Source: Rhodospirillaceae bacterium (GTDB taxonomy: Bacteria > Pseudomonadota > Alphaproteobacteria > Rhodospirillales > UBA2165). From it: DNA of 64,000 nucleotides. The notes below the pieces were generated by a model. The model made no database searches. It saw only the letters and a program-made list of their open reading frames with translations, and was not told the origin of the DNA. Below are positions 47,573-57,269 of the stretch, piece by piece (the first letter of the stretch is position 1; each line of letters starts with the position of its first letter). The position numbers and the translations under genes were made by a program. Location: contig JABIHH010000052.1 in assembly GCA_018649725.1 (NCBI GenBank), positions 37,406 through 101,405 on the forward strand, in the 5' to 3' direction.

Positions 47573-49082
47573 TCAAAGCAGCCTTATTTCGACGATAATC
47601 CATGAAGTAAGGCAATGCCATCGAGATGACCAACAGAACCCAAAGCGTATTACCGATGGAAGATGAGAAAATCACCATGATATCGCCCTGCGACATCTTC
47701 ATGGCGCGGAGGAAATAGGTCTCCATCAGCGGCCCTAAAATCACACCGATCAAAATGGCGGCAACGTGATAGCCGGTTTTTCGAGCAACATAGCCAATCA
47801 CGCCAAATACCAGCGCCAAGTTCATATCAAACAGATAAGCGCGCGGCACGAAGGAGCCAACGAGCGTAAACGAAATGATGATCGGCGCCATGTAGATGGT
47901 GGAGACGACCGTGATATTCGACATATAGCGCGCCAATGGCAGCACCGAAAATACCATAATTGCGTAAGTGACAGCCATGGCGGTGAACGGTCCAAAGGCA
48001 AGCTCGGGGCTGGTTAAAAAGAGATCCGGTCCGACCGTGACGCCATGGAACTGCAGCACAACCAACATGATAGCTGCTGTCGCGCCGCCGGGAATACCAA
48101 TGACCAACAACGGCACCAAGGTACCCGATGTCACACCATTGTTAGCTGATTCTGGCGCGATCAATCCCTCGACGTGTCCGGTGCCATAAAGCTCGGGCGT
48201 TTTGGAGTAGGTTTTGGATTGCTGATAGGCAACAAAAGACGCAATCGCCGCCCCTGCTCCCGGTACGACGCCGATCACCAAGCCGATGATGCTGTTCCAG
48301 GTAATGTGCCACCATTTGGACGCAGCAATGCGCGCGCCTTCGAACGTCGCCGCCCAGCCAGGCTTGCCCATGGCCGCTTTACCGCGCTCGGTCAGGATCG
48401 ATTGGTTCTCAATTATCGCAAAGGCTTCCGAGATCGCGAACAAACCAACCAAGGCCGGGATCAATGGCACTTTGTCGTAAAGCTCCAAAAAGCCGAAGGT
48501 GCCGCGCGGCGTCTCATAGACAACATCGGTACCGATAAAACCAATCATCAAACCGAAAAAACCGGCAATCAAACCCTTTAACGTATCTTTTGCCGCAATT
48601 GTCGCAATCAAAGATATGCCAAAGAACATGATCACAATCATCTCGACCGAATGGAGATAAAACGCAATTTGTGCCAGCCACGGTAATGAAATCAAAGCCA
48701 CGACTGTGGTCAGCAAACCTCCGGCAATAGACGCGACAAACGACATGGCGAGCGCCTGCTGGCCGCGTCCTTGTTTGGTCATCGGATAGCCATCCAGCGG
48801 CGTTGCCGCGGCCCCTGCGGTGCCTGGAATATTTACCAGGATCGCTGGAATACCTGCGCCCATGCGTGATGACGCATAGAGCGCTACCATAAAGGTTAGA
48901 CCTGTTTCCGGATCCATGGCTAATGTCAGCGGCAGCAAAATAATGATCGTGTTTGCAGCACTAAAGCCCGGGATCGCACCAACAATCAGACCTAAGAATA
49001 TTGCCGGTAAAATAACCCACCAAAAGCTAAAGGTCCGAGCGAACATTTCGACATAGAATGCTAGATCATAATCGAGTTCCAT
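47556..49082 (-). CDS. tctA: tripartite tricarboxylate transporter permease TctA
   Basis: 508 aa, highly hydrophobic, with typical TctA segments (GAIPGFSAANTI, GVVPGAGAAIASFVAY). Confidence 0.9.
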   Translation of the reverse strand: MELDYDLAFYVEMFARTFSFWWVILPAIFLGLIVGAIPGFSAANTIIILLPLTLAMDPETGLTFMVALYASSRMGAGIPAILVNIPGTAGAAATPLDGYPMTKQGRGQQALAMSFVASIAGGLLTTVVALISLPWLAQIAFYLHSVEMIVIMFFGISLIATIAAKDTLKGLIAGFFGLMIGFIGTDVVYETPRGTFGFLELYDKVPLIPALVGLFAISEAFAIIENQSILTERGKAAMGKPGWAATFEGARIAASKWWHITWNSIIGLVIGVVPGAGAAIASFVAYQQSKTYSKTPELYGTGHVEGLIAPESANNGVTSGTLVPLLVIGIPGGATAAIMLVVLQFHGVTVGPDLFLTSPELAFGPFTAMAVTYAIMVFSVLPLARYMSNITVVSTIYMAPIIISFTLVGSFVPRAYLFDMNLALVFGVIGYVARKTGYHVAAILIGVILGPLMETYFLRAMKMSQGDIMVIFSSSIGNTLWVLLVISMALPYFMDYRRNKAALNDPYG

Positions 49083-49083
49083 T

Positions 49084-49599
49084 TTAGAAAAACCCCTTCA
49101 TAAATGTTTCAAAGGGTCCGGCGGGAAATCTCGTTTTGAAAGCAACAATGAATAACAAATAGCCACCGAGCGATAAAGTTGCCGCAAGCGCAAAGATAAG
49201 TCGCTTCTTGCGGAAATCGCTTAGCACTAGCATAGCCATGCTGAGGAAGAGGAAAGTCGTGATCGTAAAACCAAGGCTTGGCACTATAAAAATATAACCA
49301 ATGGTCAATGCTAAGAGACCGAGGCGTTTGGGGATGAAGGATTTCGGATTAACCAAATTATTGAAATTCAATTCACCCTCGCCTGAACTCAAGGAGCGAA
49401 CGGATTTTATAACAATCAATACGACCAAAAAGAGGAGGATTGAGCCGACGATGAAAGCCGCGACTTGTGCCGTCCATGGCGCATTCCAGATGGTGATAAA
49501 ATAATAGATCGTGAAGAAAAATGCGGCGACTGGGATGATGAGTTCACTGCCAATCGAAACTTTCTCAGAGCCTTGAGCTTCGGCATTCTCAGCCATCAA
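49084..49599 (-). CDS. tctB: tripartite tricarboxylate transporter TctB family small membrane protein
   Basis: 171 aa, 4 TM segments, 1-nt gap to tctA. Position and size are typical. Confidence 0.8.
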   Translation of the reverse strand: MMAENAEAQGSEKVSIGSELIIPVAAFFFTIYYFITIWNAPWTAQVAAFIVGSILLFLVVLIVIKSVRSLSSGEGELNFNNLVNPKSFIPKRLGLLALTIGYIFIVPSLGFTITTFLFLSMAMLVLSDFRKKRLIFALAATLSLGGYLLFIVAFKTRFPAGPFETFMKGFF

Positions 49600-49709
49600 G
49601 CAAACTCCCCCTTAATTTTTATTCTGCTAATTCATGCTGTTAGAAATTGGAAATGGGCGGCGTTACTTCTAAAAGCACGCCGCCCAATCCTAGTAGATTA
49701 CTCGCTAGA

Positions 49710-50744
49710 TTAAGTCTTTTTACCGGTTAGGAGATCTTTAAACTCCGCACCGATTTTAGCGATATTTTTCGTATACTCAGCAGCTTGTGCAGCATCCCGG
49801 TAGCCAACGAACTCCCATGGAGATTTCGTTTTTGCATAGGCTTTCTTAAACGCCGGATCCTTGAAAACTTCTTTCAAAGTTTTTTCGATCTTCGCAAAAC
49901 GCTCAGGATGCTTTGCGATGGCTGATTTCTTGACGCCAAAGGCACGTGAACCAGCAATCAGTGAAGGCATACTAGTTTTGAAGTGATCGTTCATGGTCGG
50001 TGCATTTTCAGACCGGCCTGGTAGTGGATTTTTATGCGAGAACATCAGCAAGACTTTGAAGCCTTTTTTGCGGTTAACAATACCGCCTGATGGTAAAGCG
50101 CCGCAATCCATCTCTCCGGTCGCAACACCCGCGCGGGTATTTTTACCACCAGAAAGCGGGATCGGATTGAACTTTGCACCCGTATGTCTGCCAAGCGCCA
50201 GCGCGCCCAAAGTTGCCGGATGAGCCAAACGGCTAACACCAACGTTTAGAGTGCGTTTCTTACCTTCGGCAATTAGATCGTCGATGGTCTTGAACTTAGA
50301 GCGGCGGCTGACAAAAATAATACCGGGATCGCTATCAACTTGAGCAAAATACTGGAAAGTATTGAGATCAAAAGTTGGCTTTTTTACGACCCAGTTAAGA
50401 ACTTCTGGTCCCATGTTACCGAACAGCAATTCATACATATCGTCTTTTGCAAGACCCATATATTTTTCATAGCCAACACGGCCCGCTGCACCTGGGAAAA
50501 ATGACGGCTCAAAAGCAGCGCCAAGGTGATTTTTCCAGACGCCGGTAATAGCGCGGTGTAAACGGTCAGCGCCGCCGCCTTCACGGGTTGGTATATAAGA
50601 TTTAAGATTGTGATCAGGATAACCAGCCGCAAATGCTTTACTAAACGGCATGGTAGAAGCCGCAACTGCACCCGCAACAGCCATAGAGCCTTTAAGAATA
50701 TCCCGGCGGCTCATGCCGAGGTCAATTTTATCATCGAAGTCCAT
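49710..50744 (-). CDS. tctC: Bug/TctC family tripartite tricarboxylate transporter substrate-binding protein (Tat-type leader)
   Basis: Twin-arginine leader SRRDILKGSMAVAGAVAAS...AFA followed by a Bug-family fold (YPDH...IPT.EGGGADR). Confidence 0.85.
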   Translation of the reverse strand: MDFDDKIDLGMSRRDILKGSMAVAGAVAASTMPFSKAFAAGYPDHNLKSYIPTREGGGADRLHRAITGVWKNHLGAAFEPSFFPGAAGRVGYEKYMGLAKDDMYELLFGNMGPEVLNWVVKKPTFDLNTFQYFAQVDSDPGIIFVSRRSKFKTIDDLIAEGKKRTLNVGVSRLAHPATLGALALGRHTGAKFNPIPLSGGKNTRAGVATGEMDCGALPSGGIVNRKKGFKVLLMFSHKNPLPGRSENAPTMNDHFKTSMPSLIAGSRAFGVKKSAIAKHPERFAKIEKTLKEVFKDPAFKKAYAKTKSPWEFVGYRDAAQAAEYTKNIAKIGAEFKDLLTGKKT

Positions 50745-50847
50745 AGTTAATTCCTCCCTTGGAACGTGAGTTAGTTTTATCTAATTTTGTGAAACGATCT
50801 TAGACGTCGTTTTAATTTTTTACCAGTGCACAAATCCGTGAGCACCA

Positions 50848-51777
50848 CTAGCCTTTATAAATAGGCTCAGGTTGTGTCAAAAATGTGTGCAAAATTTGAT
50901 AAGCCATCAGGTAATTTATCTGCTGGAAACTCGCATGTGAAATGCCAGACATAACCTTGAATTGCTTGTCGGGGTTTGGCAGCAAATTAAAGAATTTCAA
51001 CAAATCCTCCATCCCCGCAATACCATCCCACTGACCTCGCATGATCAAACTTGGCATGGTTATTTTGATAGGATCTACGACCGGCAAGTTCTCACACATG
51101 TCTATATAGGTGCCGTTCGGGATCGAGCTATCCAAGGCACAGATCGCCTCGGCAAAGGCCTCAACCACTTTATCTTCAGCGCAGCCAGGATGATCCCGGC
51201 TAAAGATTGAGCGGACAAAATCCAGATCGATCGGACGGCGCCGATTGGCTTTAAACTCAGGTAATTTTTTCCGGCGATTTTCCAGCGTTGGGCTGCCCTC
51301 ACCGGTCCAAACCATAGCATCCATGGCAAGACGATTAACCATGTCTGGATTCCGTTGGGCAAACAGTGCAGCTCGAAGTGCACCAGATGAAATACCGTAG
51401 AGATCTACTTTATCGATGCCTCTGGTTTGGATGATATAATCACAGGCGGCTTTTAAATCATCAGCACTATTCGAAATTAGAAAATGATCATCTCGATCTT
51501 TGTCGGAGCGGCCATAACCCTCCATATCAACACACCAAGTATCAAACCCCTGGAGTGCAAACCAATTCATCACCGACGAATAAGGTCGGCCTTCAACATG
51601 CAGATCAAATGTTGGCTGAGAGGCCATTGAGGAGCCGTGGACAAATACGATAGTACCTTTTTTATCAGCGGGACTATCGACATATTTCTCCCACAGGAAA
51701 AGTTTTATGTCACCTTTATTGGTCCAGTGTTCTTCCCCGGTTACGTCCGCTTCTGAACGTAGACTTTCTTCGCTCAT
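50848..51777 (-). CDS. alpha/beta hydrolase
   Basis: HGSS oxyanion region, nucleophile elbow GISSG, C-terminal GISHAS (His). It heads the same-strand tctCBA-LVIVD gene string. Confidence 0.8.
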   Translation of the reverse strand: MSEESLRSEADVTGEEHWTNKGDIKLFLWEKYVDSPADKKGTIVFVHGSSMASQPTFDLHVEGRPYSSVMNWFALQGFDTWCVDMEGYGRSDKDRDDHFLISNSADDLKAACDYIIQTRGIDKVDLYGISSGALRAALFAQRNPDMVNRLAMDAMVWTGEGSPTLENRRKKLPEFKANRRRPIDLDFVRSIFSRDHPGCAEDKVVEAFAEAICALDSSIPNGTYIDMCENLPVVDPIKITMPSLIMRGQWDGIAGMEDLLKFFNLLPNPDKQFKVMSGISHASFQQINYLMAYQILHTFLTQPEPIYKG

Positions 51778-51901
51778 CTATATTCCCCAATGCGCTAGCG
51801 TTGATTTATTTTTTTTACACTTTGGCAATAAAATAAAGGAAGAACAAGCCCATATATGAAACAAACTTAAAAAATGATTAGAAGTCTTAGTAAAATCATC
51901 G

Positions 51902-53902
51902 CTACCCTTTAGGTACCGATAATTTAAAATATTCTTCGAATTCCAAAACCACTTTGGTGTCACTGAAGAGCACAGAATTCGCTTCCCTTATGCGCTCTGA
52001 CATTTGTCCGCGATGGGCTTCGTTCTGGCCTAGTTTCAATGCAATACGGACATAGTCTTCGAGGCTACCTGCAATCATCTCCTCGCCCCCCATCATCCGG
52101 TACATACCAGCTGTCACTCGCCCACGCATAAATTCTGCGTCATGGGTTACGACCGGTTTGCCCAGCGCGAAGGCTTCGAATGACGTGTTGCCACCGCTAA
52201 AATGCGGCGTATCTAAAATAACATCAGCGGCATTTTGCAGCGCGATGAAATCTTCCGGAGATTGGCGCGGCACGACTTTAATACGCGCTTCAACATCGGG
52301 TATCGTATCTCGCCACCGATCCCGCACTTGCACTGTCCACTCGCCAACCGCCCCTTCGACAATAGCAATCTCAGCTGCCTCATCCCCCCGCAATATTTCG
52401 CCGAAGATAAAATCCACATCCGGGTGATGCTTAATCGCACTTTGCGGACAGAGATAAAGAGTACAATCCTGGGATAAACCAAAATCGCCGCGGGATTTCA
52501 TGTCGGTAGGCAATTCAATTGGATAGTACCGCGTCGGCAGGCCTTTTAAGCAATGTAGTGCCTCACTGTAATGACCCCCTGCCCCCTCAGGCTCAATCAA
52601 CTCGCTCGAAATAAAGCCATCGATATTGGGAATGCCGGTCGTATCGGGATGCCCCCATGTCACGCATTGATGCGGAGCCAAGCGGGCAAAGGCCAGAAAG
52701 TAAGTTCTGACATCCATACCTAGATCAGCATAGAATAAAATATCCAACTCCTCTGCTGCGACAATTTGCTGGGCTTCAAAAGTATCATCCGGCAAAAAGA
52801 CAACGGTGGCGGCATTGCCTTGGATATCGCGAGCGATTGGATCGCGCTGTCCGCGAGGCGTAATCACCACGACTTCAAAATCATCTTTGGAAATTTCAGC
52901 AATCAACCCCTGCATCATTCGGCCAATCGAATGGCGGCGGAAATAAGCTGATAAAAAGCCGATCTTGATTTTACCGGTCGGCACTTTTGGGGCTTCACAA
53001 TGTGGCGCTACAAAGCCCAAAGCAGGGCAAGCCTTCAGGATTACTTCCGCCGTCTTCTCTTGTAGCTCCCGGTCTGATTTAGCTTGATAGGCCAGGAAAA
53101 AATTCGTGGTCGAAATCTCCAGCGCCGGATCAACCAGCGCCAGATCATCTTTTAAAAGTCGAGCTAATCCATCACTCAATCTATGTCGCACGTCGTCAAT
53201 GTGAGCCGCGTCGCGATAGACCACCGGCAAGGTTGTCGCCTGCTTGATGCGAATGCCATCATGGAAGCGATTGCCGAGCACCTGTTCATAGGCATCGATC
53301 GCTTTCTCGTCCTCACCTTGGCGGCGATAGGTATTGGCAAGATTAATCAGCGCCCGATTGTTTTTTCGTTCTCCGTCTGGCTCAATTCCGATGGCGGTCT
53401 GGAAGCATTTAATGGCCTGCTCCAATTGACCGTTGTCGAAAAAAATATTACCCATATTGACGAGCGCGTCCTGTCGTTTGGGATCAATCGACAGCAATTT
53501 TTCGTAGATCAAGAGTGCGGCATCAGGCAATTCCATCTGCTTGTAAAGCTTAGCAAGATTGTAATACCCCTCGGTGAAAGAGCCATCGGCATCAATGGCG
53601 TGCTGATAGGCTGCTTTAGCTTGATCATATTTTCCGAGATCTTGGAGAATCACACCGAGATTAACATGATAGGGCGCATTTCTAGGTTTGAGTTCAATGG
53701 CCCGGCGTAAAAATTCGACGGCCTGCTCGGGTCGTCCACTCTGTGCCAAGGTGGTCCCTAACAGGTGGAGAGCATCGGCGTGAGTAGGCTCCAAGCGCAG
53801 AATTTTGATGTAGAGTTCTTCGGCTTCAGAGAGACGCCTTGCCTGATGATGGGTTTGAGCCTCAGCAAAAAGTGCTTTGATTTGTTTTTTGGGCGAGGTC
53901 AT
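51902..53902 (-). CDS. TPR-repeat protein fused to a GT41 (SPINDLY/O-GlcNAc-transferase-like) glycosyltransferase domain
   Basis: About 6 N-terminal TPR units (A..Y...L...P....AL..LG). The C-terminal half has APHQCVTWGHPDTTGIPNIDGFISSELIEP and SGGNTSFEAFALGKPVVT, typical of bacterial GT41. ATG 53902 with GAGG RBS is preferred over TTG 53914. Confidence 0.8.
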   Translation of the reverse strand: MTSPKKQIKALFAEAQTHHQARRLSEAEELYIKILRLEPTHADALHLLGTTLAQSGRPEQAVEFLRRAIELKPRNAPYHVNLGVILQDLGKYDQAKAAYQHAIDADGSFTEGYYNLAKLYKQMELPDAALLIYEKLLSIDPKRQDALVNMGNIFFDNGQLEQAIKCFQTAIGIEPDGERKNNRALINLANTYRRQGEDEKAIDAYEQVLGNRFHDGIRIKQATTLPVVYRDAAHIDDVRHRLSDGLARLLKDDLALVDPALEISTTNFFLAYQAKSDRELQEKTAEVILKACPALGFVAPHCEAPKVPTGKIKIGFLSAYFRRHSIGRMMQGLIAEISKDDFEVVVITPRGQRDPIARDIQGNAATVVFLPDDTFEAQQIVAAEELDILFYADLGMDVRTYFLAFARLAPHQCVTWGHPDTTGIPNIDGFISSELIEPEGAGGHYSEALHCLKGLPTRYYPIELPTDMKSRGDFGLSQDCTLYLCPQSAIKHHPDVDFIFGEILRGDEAAEIAIVEGAVGEWTVQVRDRWRDTIPDVEARIKVVPRQSPEDFIALQNAADVILDTPHFSGGNTSFEAFALGKPVVTHDAEFMRGRVTAGMYRMMGGEEMIAGSLEDYVRIALKLGQNEAHRGQMSERIREANSVLFSDTKVVLEFEEYFKLSVPKG

Positions 53903-53923
53903 GCCACCTCTCAAACCACGCGG

Positions 53924-54919
53924 CTATATAAGACCAGAAAGCGGCGAAGATGGATCGGCATACATCTTGCGCGGCATCCGGCCAGCAAGATAAGCCAAGC
54001 GACCCGCTTCAACGCCGGCTTTCATCGCACGGGCCATTTTAATCGGATCTGTAGCACCGGCAATTGCCGTGTTCATCAACACACCATCACAGCCAAGCTC
54101 CATTGCAATCGCCGCATCAGATGCCGTGCCGACACCGGCATCAACCAGAACAGGCACGGAGGACTGTTCCTTGATCAGGCGAATGGTGACCGGATTTTGC
54201 ACACCCAGCCCAGAGCCAATCGGTGCCGCCAGTGGCATGATCGCGTGACAGCCCATGTCTTCGAGGCGCTTTGCGATGATCGGATCATCGCTGCAATAAA
54301 CCATAACTTTAAAATCTTCTTTGAGCAGAATTTCTGCCGCTTCAAGCGTCTCGATCATTTTCGGGTACAGCGTTTTCTCATCGCCCAAAACTTCGAGTTT
54401 CACCAGATCCCAGCCCCCAGCCTCTCTCGCCAAACGCAAAGTTCGAACCGCATCATCGGCGGTAAAGCAGCCAGCGGTATTTGGCAGATAGGTATATTTC
54501 TTGGGATCAACATAATCGACCAGCATCGGCTGGTTCGGATCGGTGACGTTCACCCGGCGCACGGCAACGGTAACAATCTCTGCGCCCGATGCCTCGATCG
54601 CAGCCGCGGTTTCTTCGAAATCCTTATATTTGCCAGTGCCAACCAGAAGGCGTGATTTAAAGACCTGCCCAGCTACCTCAAAGGTATCGTCGGCACTAAC
54701 CGCACTCGTTCCTTCAGGTGCACCGCCGCCAATGAAATGGACAATCTCAAATTTATCGCCATCAGTTACGGCGACTTCGCCATATTGGGATTTGGGCACG
54801 ATTTCCAAATTGCGCTCAACCGCCACCTTGCGACCATCCAGCCCAAGATTTCCCAAGAGTTGTTCTACCGTAGCGGCACCGTCGATGGTGCGACCTTCAC
54901 CGTTAATTGTTACGTTCAT
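53924..54919 (-). CDS. thiG: in-frame fusion of sulfur carrier ThiS and thiazole synthase ThiG
   Basis: Residues 1-66 form a complete ThiS ending ...[10 protein letters not shown]. No stop follows: a linker of about 20 aa leads into ThiG ([12 protein letters not shown]...[14 protein letters not shown]...[14 protein letters not shown]). Confidence 0.9.
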   Translation of the reverse strand: MNVTINGEGRTIDGAATVEQLLGNLGLDGRKVAVERNLEIVPKSQYGEVAVTDGDKFEIVHFIGGGAPEGTSAVSADDTFEVAGQVFKSRLLVGTGKYKDFEETAAAIEASGAEIVTVAVRRVNVTDPNQPMLVDYVDPKKYTYLPNTAGCFTADDAVRTLRLAREAGGWDLVKLEVLGDEKTLYPKMIETLEAAEILLKEDFKVMVYCSDDPIIAKRLEDMGCHAIMPLAAPIGSGLGVQNPVTIRLIKEQSSVPVLVDAGVGTASDAAIAMELGCDGVLMNTAIAGATDPIKMARAMKAGVEAGRLAYLAGRMPRKMYADPSSPLSGLI

Positions 54920-55105
54920 AGATCTTCCGTCATTCTTTACAAAATAATGAACCGCAGTATGTGCCGCCCTTCCCGACCTTTCAACCCGCTTTGCAATTAT
55001 ATGACCAGTTAAATATGGAGATTAAGGGTTCCTTCATCGCTTTAATTTAGGGTTGAATTTAAAGTTGTCCGTGTTAGAAACCGGGCGTCTTACAGGAAGT
55101 GGATA

Positions 55106-55543
55106 ATGACGCAGTCAGTTTTGATAATGAACGGCCCCAATTTGAATATGCTGGGTACCCGCGAACCAGAGGTTTACGGAAAGCAAACGCTCGGCGATAT
55201 AGAAAAGCTTTGCCAGACCCGCGCTGGCGATTTGGGACTGGAAATTGATTTTCGCCAAAGCAACAGTGAAGGCGAACTTGTCGACTGGATTCAAAAAGCC
55301 AATGCGGACCATGCGCTGATTATCCTGAACGCTGGGGCTTACACCCACACCTCAATTGCCATCTTAGATGCGCTGCGTGCTTCTGGATTACCGGTTATCG
55401 AAGTTCATATCTCCAATATTTTTCAGCGCGAAGAATATCGCCATGCCTCCTTCGTTTCTGAAGCTGCAACCGGCGTTATTTGTGGGTTTGGCAGCAAAGG
55501 CTACGAATTGGCGTTAGACGCGGCCGCAGACCTAATCGGTTAA
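55106..55543 (+). CDS. aroQ: type II 3-dehydroquinate dehydratase
   Basis: [44 protein letters not shown], and EVHISNI signatures. Confidence 0.95.
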   Translation: MTQSVLIMNGPNLNMLGTREPEVYGKQTLGDIEKLCQTRAGDLGLEIDFRQSNSEGELVDWIQKANADHALIILNAGAYTHTSIAILDALRASGLPVIEVHISNIFQREEYRHASFVSEAATGVICGFGSKGYELALDAAADLIG

Positions 55544-55643
55544 AAACTCAAAATTCGCCGTATATATTGTTGGTTTTCTTCCAAAAACGCCTATTTATTT
55601 AATACCCCATACTGTGTGGGGTTTAGTAGATGGAAAGAGTTCG

Positions 55644-56321
55644 ATGACCAGTTCTGACGGCATGTCACCAGAACAGATCAAGCTAACCCCCGAAATTATA
55701 TTGCGGGCCTATGCGGCTGGCATTTTTCCGATGGCGGAAAGCCGGGACGATACGGATCTGTTCTGGGTCGATCCGGAAATGCGTGGCATCTTTCCATTGG
55801 ATGGACTCTATGTCTCGCGCAGCCTTAAAAAACGCGTGCGGCAAAATAAATTTGATATCCGCTACGATTTCGATTTCAACTCTGTCATTCGGGCCTGCGC
55901 CGATTCAAGTGATGACCGGCACGAGACTTGGATTAATGGCGAGATCATCCGCCTCTATACGCGACTGTTCCAGATGGGCCATGCCCATACGGTGGAATGC
56001 TGGCAGGACGATGAGTTGGTCGGGGGCTTATACGGCATATCACTTAAAGGCGCTTTTTTCGGTGAGAGCATGTTTTCCCGAAAATCTGATGCCAGTAAAA
56101 TTGCCTTGGTCCATCTCATCGCCCGCTTGGTCGAAGATGGGTTTACGTTGCTCGACACGCAATTTGTTACCGAACATCTAACCAGCCTGGGCGCCATCGA
56201 AATTCCCCGCGATGACTATCACCGCCAACTCGATAACGCCCTCTTGGTGGAAGCGACTTTCAATGGACAGGGCAATGCTGCTACCCACCAGACCCATATT
56301 GAGCGATTATTTGAGAAATAA
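55644..56321 (+). CDS. aat: leucyl/phenylalanyl-tRNA--protein transferase
   Basis: [44 protein letters not shown], and [19 protein letters not shown] 55644 is preferred over GTG 55614. Confidence 0.9.
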   Translation: MTSSDGMSPEQIKLTPEIILRAYAAGIFPMAESRDDTDLFWVDPEMRGIFPLDGLYVSRSLKKRVRQNKFDIRYDFDFNSVIRACADSSDDRHETWINGEIIRLYTRLFQMGHAHTVECWQDDELVGGLYGISLKGAFFGESMFSRKSDASKIALVHLIARLVEDGFTLLDTQFVTEHLTSLGAIEIPRDDYHRQLDNALLVEATFNGQGNAATHQTHIERLFEK

Positions 56322-56345
56322 GCCGAGACAAGCCTTTCGTCAGCT

Positions 56346-56750
56346 CTATTTCTGGATCGAGGTATCACCGGCATTTTTGCAATCGAGCACCCAGACATCA
56401 TAGACCGGATGTTCCATCGCCGCTAATGCCGGGCTGGAGGCAAACATCCAGCCCCGATATATGCTCGCAGCCGGCTCACCTGGGCGCACTTCCCAGACAT
56501 CAATAAAAGCTGCACTTTCAGGCGTTTCTTCGGGCGGGCGTTTATCGCAGGTCCGGGCAATAATTTCGAGCGTGCCAAATTTCACGGTTCGGCCAATCGG
56601 TGCAATAAAAGTAGATACCCGGGCCGTCACTTTATCCAAGCCCTGCAACACGGCCATATTGTATTGAACAGCATTGGCAGCCGAGCTCAGCATCACGGCT
56701 AACACCCAAAGGCTTAGACCTAACCCAGTAAAGATAAATTGATTCTTCAT
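56346..56750 (-). CDS. DUF2155 domain-containing protein (secreted)
   Basis: Signal peptide, then LQGLDKVTARVSTF...GTLEI..R.C.KRPPEE.PE.AAF, characteristic of DUF2155. This is the typical alphaproteobacterial position beside mlaD/NDUFA12. Confidence 0.8.
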   Translation of the reverse strand: MKNQFIFTGLGLSLWVLAVMLSSAANAVQYNMAVLQGLDKVTARVSTFIAPIGRTVKFGTLEIIARTCDKRPPEETPESAAFIDVWEVRPGEPAASIYRGWMFASSPALAAMEHPVYDVWVLDCKNAGDTSIQK

Positions 56751-56783
56751 GTTGGTGAGTTCACTTCAAAAGCAGAACGCTTG

Positions 56784-57242
56784 CTACTTCTTTTTGTCAC
56801 CACTTGTTGCCAAGAAAATAATTTCCCCGACCTGATCTTCAAGTGATTTGAAATCTTCTGTCTTACCAATCGCACCATCTGGCTTAATAAAGGTTTTAGC
56901 ATTCCCTGGACGAAGCCGGACATATTTACCGCCGATCATGCCTTCGCTGGCAATCATTGCGACCGTGTCTTTTGGTAGTTTAACCGTCGGCTCGATCGAT
57001 AATTTCACCACGGCATCATAGGTTTCAGGATTAAGCCCACTATCGATGACCGTGCCGACATTGATGCCACTGATGCGCACGTCGCTGCCTTTTTGAAGGC
57101 CACCAATTTTAGCAAATGTGGCCGAGACGTTATAGCCTTGGACAGCGGTTACTTGGGCCGTATTGACAAAGAAATAAAGGAAGACCAGGGCAACCGCTAA
57201 AACCAAGCCACCCATGACTGTCTCTGCGAGATTTTTACCCAT
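56784..57242 (-). CDS. mlaD: MlaD-like MCE domain protein (outer membrane lipid asymmetry maintenance)
   Basis: N-terminal TM anchor and an MCE domain (Y.V.A.F..IGGL..GS.VRISGI.VG.V). Confidence 0.8.
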   Translation of the reverse strand: MGKNLAETVMGGLVLAVALVFLYFFVNTAQVTAVQGYNVSATFAKIGGLQKGSDVRISGINVGTVIDSGLNPETYDAVVKLSIEPTVKLPKDTVAMIASEGMIGGKYVRLRPGNAKTFIKPDGAIGKTEDFKSLEDQVGEIIFLATSGDKKK

Positions 57243-57269
57243 AATATAGTGTCTCCCTTATTTCTTAGT

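Noticed and set aside
53765-54655. 296-aa plus-strand ORF across the thiSG / TPR-GT41 junction
   Set aside because: It is antisense to ThiG, which has unmistakable motifs. The product is Arg/His/Cys-rich nonsense typical of a shadow ORF.
54920-55105. Expected TPP (THI-box) riboswitch upstream of thiSG
   Set aside because: I reverse-complemented the region and found no CTGAGA core or ACCTGATCTGGATAATGCCAGCG-like 3' half. A covariance-model scan would be the definitive test.
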